Shown in pieces: positions 60,105 through 64,000 of a stretch of 64,000 bases of DNA. How positions within the stretch are numbered: position 1 is the first letter of the stretch; the number at the start of each line of letters is the position of its first letter. The translations under genes were made by a program, and so were the position numbers. The notes beneath the pieces are model-generated. The model saw nothing but the letters and a program-made list of their open reading frames with translations, was not told the DNA's origin and searched no databases. The DNA is from Frankiaceae bacterium (GTDB lineage Bacteria > Actinomycetota > Actinomycetes > BP-191): NCBI GenBank assembly GCA_035940575.1, contig DASZER010000067.1:7729-71728 (forward strand), written 5' to 3'.

Positions 60105-60878
60105 ATGCTGCTCGCCACCTGGAACGTCAACTCGCTCACCATGCGCCTGCCGCGCGTCCTGGAGTTCCTCGCCAAGCACCGCCCCGACGCGCTGTGCCTG
60201 CAGGAGACCAAGGTGGGGGAGGCGGCGTTCCCCACCGAGGCGCTCGCCGAGGCGGGCTACGCCGCCGCGCACCTGTCCGGCGGCCGGTGGGCGGGCGTGG
60301 CGATCCTGTCGCCGGTCGAGCGGGCGCCGTACGACGTCGTGCGCGGCCTGCCGGGCGAGGTGCGCGCGGAGGAGGCGCGGTGGGTCGAGGCGACGGTCGG
60401 GGACCTGCGGGTGGCGAGCGTGTACGTCGTCAACGGCCGCGCGCTGGGCACGCCGACGTACGACGAGAAGCTCGCCTTCCTCGACGCGATGCGCGACCGG
60501 CTCGCGGCGCTCGCCGAGGCCGGGCCCGTGTTCGTGGCGGGCGACTTCAACATCGCGCCGGAGGACCGCGACGTGTGGGACCCGGCGCTGTTCGTCGGCG
60601 CGACGCACGTGTCGAGGCCGGAGCGCGACCGGCTGGACCGCATCCTCGCGACCGGGCTCGTCGACGCGTTCCGCGTGGTCGAGCCGGAGGCGGTGGCGTA
60701 CACGTACTGGGACTACCGCGCCGGGATGTTCCACAAGAACCTCGGCATGCGCATCGACCTCGCGCTGCTGTCCGCGCACCTCGCGCCGCGCATCGAGCGG
60801 TGCGGCATCGACCGCGACTTCCGCAAGGGACTGAAGCCGAGCGACCACGCGCCGCTGCTCGTCGCGCTCAAGGACTGA
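60105..60878 (+). CDS. xthA: exodeoxyribonuclease III (AP endonuclease)
   Basis: ORF 60105..60878. Motifs WNVNSL, LCLQETK, GDFNIAP and the C-terminal SDHAPL. Confidence 0.92.
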   Translation: MLLATWNVNSLTMRLPRVLEFLAKHRPDALCLQETKVGEAAFPTEALAEAGYAAAHLSGGRWAGVAILSPVERAPYDVVRGLPGEVRAEEARWVEATVGDLRVASVYVVNGRALGTPTYDEKLAFLDAMRDRLAALAEAGPVFVAGDFNIAPEDRDVWDPALFVGATHVSRPERDRLDRILATGLVDAFRVVEPEAVAYTYWDYRAGMFHKNLGMRIDLALLSAHLAPRIERCGIDRDFRKGLKPSDHAPLLVALKD

Positions 60879-60941
60879 CCCCTCGCGCCCGACGACAAAG
60901 GGGGACAACCGGGGCATAGTGACTACGTGCGGGAGACGCGG

Positions 60942-61793
60942 ATGCGACGCAACGTCACGGCCCTCGCGGCCGTGATCGCCGTGCTGCTCACGACGGCCGG
61001 GTCGACGGCGGTCGGGCGCACGTTGCGCGAGGGCCGCGACGGACCCGGCGGCGTCATGGCCATCGACCCGCCGCCCGTCCTGCTCCGCGTCTCCGACGCC
61101 CCCGCCCCGCGCGTCGCGCCGCCGGCGCCGGCGCCCACCCGCGCCGCGCCCGCGCGCACGCGGACGGTCTGCCCGACGCTGCCGAACGTCTCCGCCAGGC
61201 CCGCCGCGCTCGCCAAGTCCGTCGTGGCGAGGGTGAAGGTGTTCGACCGCCCGGGCGGCAAGGTGCTGCGCGTCCTGAACAGCCCCACGGTCGAGGGCGC
61301 GACCCTCAACACGCTCGTCAAGGAGCGGCGCGGCATGTGGCTGCGCGTGCAGCTCCCCGTCCGCCCGAACCACGCCGAGGGCTGGGTCAGCGTCACCGAC
61401 ATGACGCAGTACGAGGTGGCGTACCGGGTCGTCGTGCAGCGCTGCGCGAAGCGGATCACGGTGTTCAAGAACGGCGTGCAGGTCTGGCAGCGGCCCGCCG
61501 CGGTCGGCAAGCCGAGCACGCCGACGCCGCTCGGGTCGTTCTACGTCGACTTCGTCGCGCCGATGCGCTACGGCGGCGCGTACGGCCCGTACCTCGTGTC
61601 CGTCGCCGGCTTCTCGAACGTGCTCCAGCAGTTCGGCAAGAACGGCATCGGCCAGATCGCGATCCACGGCACCAACAAGCCGTCCTCGGTCGGCAAGGCC
61701 GCGAGCAACGGCTGCGTGCGGCTCTACAACTCCGACCTGGTCGACCTCGTGTCGTTCCTCCCCGAGGGCGCCCCGGTCCTGATCGTCGACTAG
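60942..61793 (+). CDS. L,D-transpeptidase (YkuD domain), secreted/membrane-anchored
   Basis: ATG 60942 lies 6 nt after GGGAG, in the frame of ORF 60927..61793. The catalytic context is IAIHGTNKPSSVGKAASNGCVRL. Confidence 0.88.
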   Translation: MRRNVTALAAVIAVLLTTAGSTAVGRTLREGRDGPGGVMAIDPPPVLLRVSDAPAPRVAPPAPAPTRAAPARTRTVCPTLPNVSARPAALAKSVVARVKVFDRPGGKVLRVLNSPTVEGATLNTLVKERRGMWLRVQLPVRPNHAEGWVSVTDMTQYEVAYRVVVQRCAKRITVFKNGVQVWQRPAAVGKPSTPTPLGSFYVDFVAPMRYGGAYGPYLVSVAGFSNVLQQFGKNGIGQIAIHGTNKPSSVGKAASNGCVRLYNSDLVDLVSFLPEGAPVLIVD

Positions 61794-62686
61794 GCCGCTC
61801 GCGAGCCCCGCAGGAGCGCGAGGCGGCCGGCCTTCTCGGGCCGGGCCAGCAGGTCGAGCGTGGCCTGGCGGGCGGTCTCCTCGATCGCGTCGACGTTCAT
61901 CGCCTTCATCGCGTTGACCCCGAGCGCGCGCAGCGCGTCGCCGCCGGGCTCGATCGCGAGCACGAGCGTCCCCGCCCGCTCCAGCGCGCGGCGCTCGGCG
62001 ACGACGTAGCGGTGCCAGAGCAGCCGCGCGGACAGGTCGAGCTTGGCGCGGATCGCGTGGCGCTCCACCGACATCGGCGACGAGATGACGACGAGGTCGA
62101 GGCCGCGGCCTGCGAGGACGTCGGCGTTCGTGGGGGAGTGGACGCCGCCGTCGACGTACGTCTCGCCCTCGTGCACGAGCGGGCGGAAGTAGCCGGGGAT
62201 CGCGCACGACGCCGCGACCGCCGAGGCGAGGCCGATGCTCGGGGCGTCTGGCTGCCCGAACACCACGCGGCGGCCGTCGCGGCGGCGTACCGCGCAGACG
62301 TACAGCTCGCGCTCGGGCCAGCCGTCGCCGCAGCGCCGCCGCAGCCCGTCCACGATCGCGTCCATCGGCCGCGAGCCGGTCGGCAGCAGGGCCGTCGCGA
62401 GGACGCCGGCACGGGCGTTCCAGGGGCGGCGCAGCGTCGCGATGATCGGGCGCGGGTCGGGGCGGCGCGGGATGCGCTGCTCCTCCACGAGCGCCGCGAC
62501 GGGTCGCGCGGGCATCCCCGAGCAGCGCAGCGACGCGCCGACGAGCGAGCCCGCGGACGTCCCGACGATGACCTCGGCGTCGCGCGCGTCGAACCCTGCG
62601 GCCTCCTTCAGCGCCCACAGGACGCCGCGGTGGAACGCCTCGCCGGTCACGCCGCCGGCGCCGAGGACCAGACCGATCCGGGTCAC
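61790..62686 (-). CDS. patatin-like phospholipase
   Basis: ORF 61790..62686. The oxyanion loop is GAGGVTG, the nucleophile elbow is GTSAG, and a DGG motif is present (YVDGGV). Confidence 0.88.
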   Translation of the reverse strand: MTRIGLVLGAGGVTGEAFHRGVLWALKEAAGFDARDAEVIVGTSAGSLVGASLRCSGMPARPVAALVEEQRIPRRPDPRPIIATLRRPWNARAGVLATALLPTGSRPMDAIVDGLRRRCGDGWPERELYVCAVRRRDGRRVVFGQPDAPSIGLASAVAASCAIPGYFRPLVHEGETYVDGGVHSPTNADVLAGRGLDLVVISSPMSVERHAIRAKLDLSARLLWHRYVVAERRALERAGTLVLAIEPGGDALRALGVNAMKAMNVDAIEETARQATLDLLARPEKAGRLALLRGSRAA

Positions 62687-62705
62687 CCCCGCTATCTGCC
62701 CAAGA

Positions 62706-63656
62706 TCAGCGGGAAGCGAACGTGCGGCGGTACGCGCTCGGGCTCGTCCCCCTGATGCGCCCGAAGTGCTCGCGCAGCGTCGCCGCCGACCCGAAGCCGG
62801 AGCGCCGCGCGACCTCCTCGACGGGCAGGCCGTTCTCGAGCAGGCGCTGGGCGTGCAACGTCCGCTGGTGCAGCAGCCACGCGTACGGCGTCGTCCCCGT
62901 CGCCGCCCGGAACCGCCGCGCGAACGTGCGCGGCGACATGAGCGCCTTCGCCGCCAGGTCCTCGACCGCCAGCGGCTCGTCCAGGTGCTCCAGCGCCCAC
63001 GTGAGGACGTCGGCGAGGCCGTCGTCGCGGCGCGGCTCGGGGACCGGCGCCTCGACGTACTGCGCCTGCCCCCCGTCGCGGTGCGGCGGCACGACCATCC
63101 GGCGGGCGACGGCGTTGGCGACGGCGGGGCCGTGCTCCTCGCGGACGACGTGCAGGCACAGGTCGATGCCCGCGGACGTGCCGGCGGACGTGAGGACCGG
63201 GCCCGCGTCGACGTAGAGGACGTTGGGGTCCATCTCGATGGCGGGGTAGCGCGCGGCGAGGGCGTCGGCGTAGCGCCAGTGGGTCGTCGCGCGGCGGCCG
63301 TCGAGCAGCCCCGCCGCCGCGAGCACGAACGCTCCCGAGCAGACGCTCATCACGCGCCCGCCGCGCGCGACGACGTCGCGCAGCGCCTGGAGCAACGCCT
63401 CGGGCGGGCGTTCGTCGATCGAGCGCCAGTGGGGCACCGCGACGAGGTCGGCCTCGGCGAGGCGTTCGAGGCCGTGGTCGGGCGTCATCGCGAACCCGCC
63501 GCCCGAGCGCAGCGGCGGCGGCTCGGCGGCGCAGACGGCGAAGTCGTACCTCGGCAGCCCGGTGTCGGAGCGGTCGATGCCGAACACCTCGCACACCACG
63601 CCGAGCTCGAACACGCTGACCTCGTCGCAGACCGCGACGGCCACGTTCTCCAGCAT
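62706..63656 (-). CDS. GlxA-family transcriptional regulator (DJ-1/PfpI domain plus AraC-type HTH)
   Basis: ATG 63656 inside ORF 62706..63731. SVCSGAFVLAAAGLLDG is the DJ-1-like part. The C-terminal AraC HTH reads SPRTFARRFRAATGTTPYAWLLHQR. Confidence 0.88.
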   Translation of the reverse strand: MLENVAVAVCDEVSVFELGVVCEVFGIDRSDTGLPRYDFAVCAAEPPPLRSGGGFAMTPDHGLERLAEADLVAVPHWRSIDERPPEALLQALRDVVARGGRVMSVCSGAFVLAAAGLLDGRRATTHWRYADALAARYPAIEMDPNVLYVDAGPVLTSAGTSAGIDLCLHVVREEHGPAVANAVARRMVVPPHRDGGQAQYVEAPVPEPRRDDGLADVLTWALEHLDEPLAVEDLAAKALMSPRTFARRFRAATGTTPYAWLLHQRTLHAQRLLENGLPVEEVARRSGFGSAATLREHFGRIRGTSPSAYRRTFASR

Positions 63657-63823
63657 GGGCAGAGTATGGCAGAAAAGCCGCGCAGCGCGTCGTTCTTGCC
63701 ACTCGTCCCCGCGGCCCGGCCGGCAGAGCATCGACGCATGACGATCTATGTGCTCCTGACGTGGATGGTGGCCATGGCGCTGCTGGCGCCGCGCTTCGGC
63801 GCCGACTCGCGGTGCGGCGGGCC

Positions 63824-64000
63824 GTGCCGCTGACCCCGGACGAGCGGGCGGCGCTCGTCGCCCGCTACCGCGGCGGCTACGCGGCGTTCGCCGAGGCGCT
63901 GGCGGGTTGCGACGACCTCGACGCGGCCGTCGAGGGGTGGACGCCGCGCCAGGTCGCGCACCACCTCGGCGACTCCGAGATGACGTCCGCGATCCGGCTG
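63824..64000 (+). CDS. DinB-family protein, N-terminal fragment (runs off the window)
   Basis: My translation from GTG 63824 reads VPLTPDERAALVARYRGGYAAFAEALAGCDDLDAAVEGWTPRQVAHHLGDSEMTSAIRL. The HHLxDSE motif is typical of DinB_2. It is not in the ORF track because no stop lies in the window. Confidence 0.6.
   Translation, partial: MPLTPDERAALVARYRGGYAAFAEALAGCDDLDAAVEGWTPRQVAHHLGDSEMTSAIRL

Noticed and set aside
63738-63833. 31-aa hydrophobic ORF (MTIYVLLTWMVAMALLAPRFGADSRCGGPCR) between the GlxA regulator and the DinB-like gene
   Set aside because: It has no RBS that I can see, it overlaps the likely DinB start (GTG 63824), and it is too short to evaluate. It could be a real leader or membrane micro-peptide, but the sequence alone does not support it.
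1-64000. Search for tRNA, rRNA, IS elements, integrases, prophage genes, CRISPR arrays and toxin-antitoxin pairs
   Set aside because: No intergenic gap is long enough for, or shaped like, a tRNA or rRNA. No ORF shows transposase/integrase (DDE, tyrosine or serine recombinase) motifs, and there are no repeat-spacer arrays. The window looks like stable chromosome rather than a mobile island.

Overview
Very GC-rich window (by eye well above 70% G+C, not computed), with strong GC3 skew and many GTG starts. Its content points to an actinobacterial chromosome: mycothiol/DinB-type proteins, an F420/LLM oxidoreductase, a PAC2 protein, ECF sigma/anti-sigma pairs and LigC/Prim-Pol-type repair genes. 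Coding density is near-saturating. I support about 68 protein-coding genes or pseudogenes, and I found no rRNA, tRNA, transposase, integrase, prophage or CRISPR. The very long Arg/Ala/Gly/Pro-rich ORFs in the track are high-GC antisense or off-frame artefacts. Real genes are usually the C-terminal part of a longer track ORF, so I re-derived their starts from the sequence. Gene content includes a large set of secreted/envelope proteins, a YfhO-centred glycan-modification operon, and two ATP-dependent ligase loci plus other DNA-repair genes. It also has two ECF sigma/anti-sigma pairs, two L,D-transpeptidases and assorted redox enzymes and methyltransferases. The best candidate for something new is a 61-aa ORF at 13615..13800 (-). 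It has a double-glycine-type leader and a six-Cys, Ser/Thr-interleaved core, a strong RBS and a perfect terminator hairpin. It is co-transcribed with an SRPBCC/DUF2505 protein, and no recognisable maturase or C39 exporter lies anywhere in the 64 kb. The second candidate is a family of small secreted six-Cys paralogs bracketing a PadR/membrane-protein pair (33.5-35.8 kb) between the two ligase loci, with a PadR-like operator in the divergent region. Other observations: two single-base-deletion frameshifts (pirin, a lipoprotein), a decayed mini-paralog of a C-terminal domain, a recent tandem domain duplication, five convergent gene pairs sharing a palindromic CTAG stop, and a conserved G6 leader motif ahead of secreted-protein genes. 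All functional calls rest on motif recognition from memory. No database search was possible.
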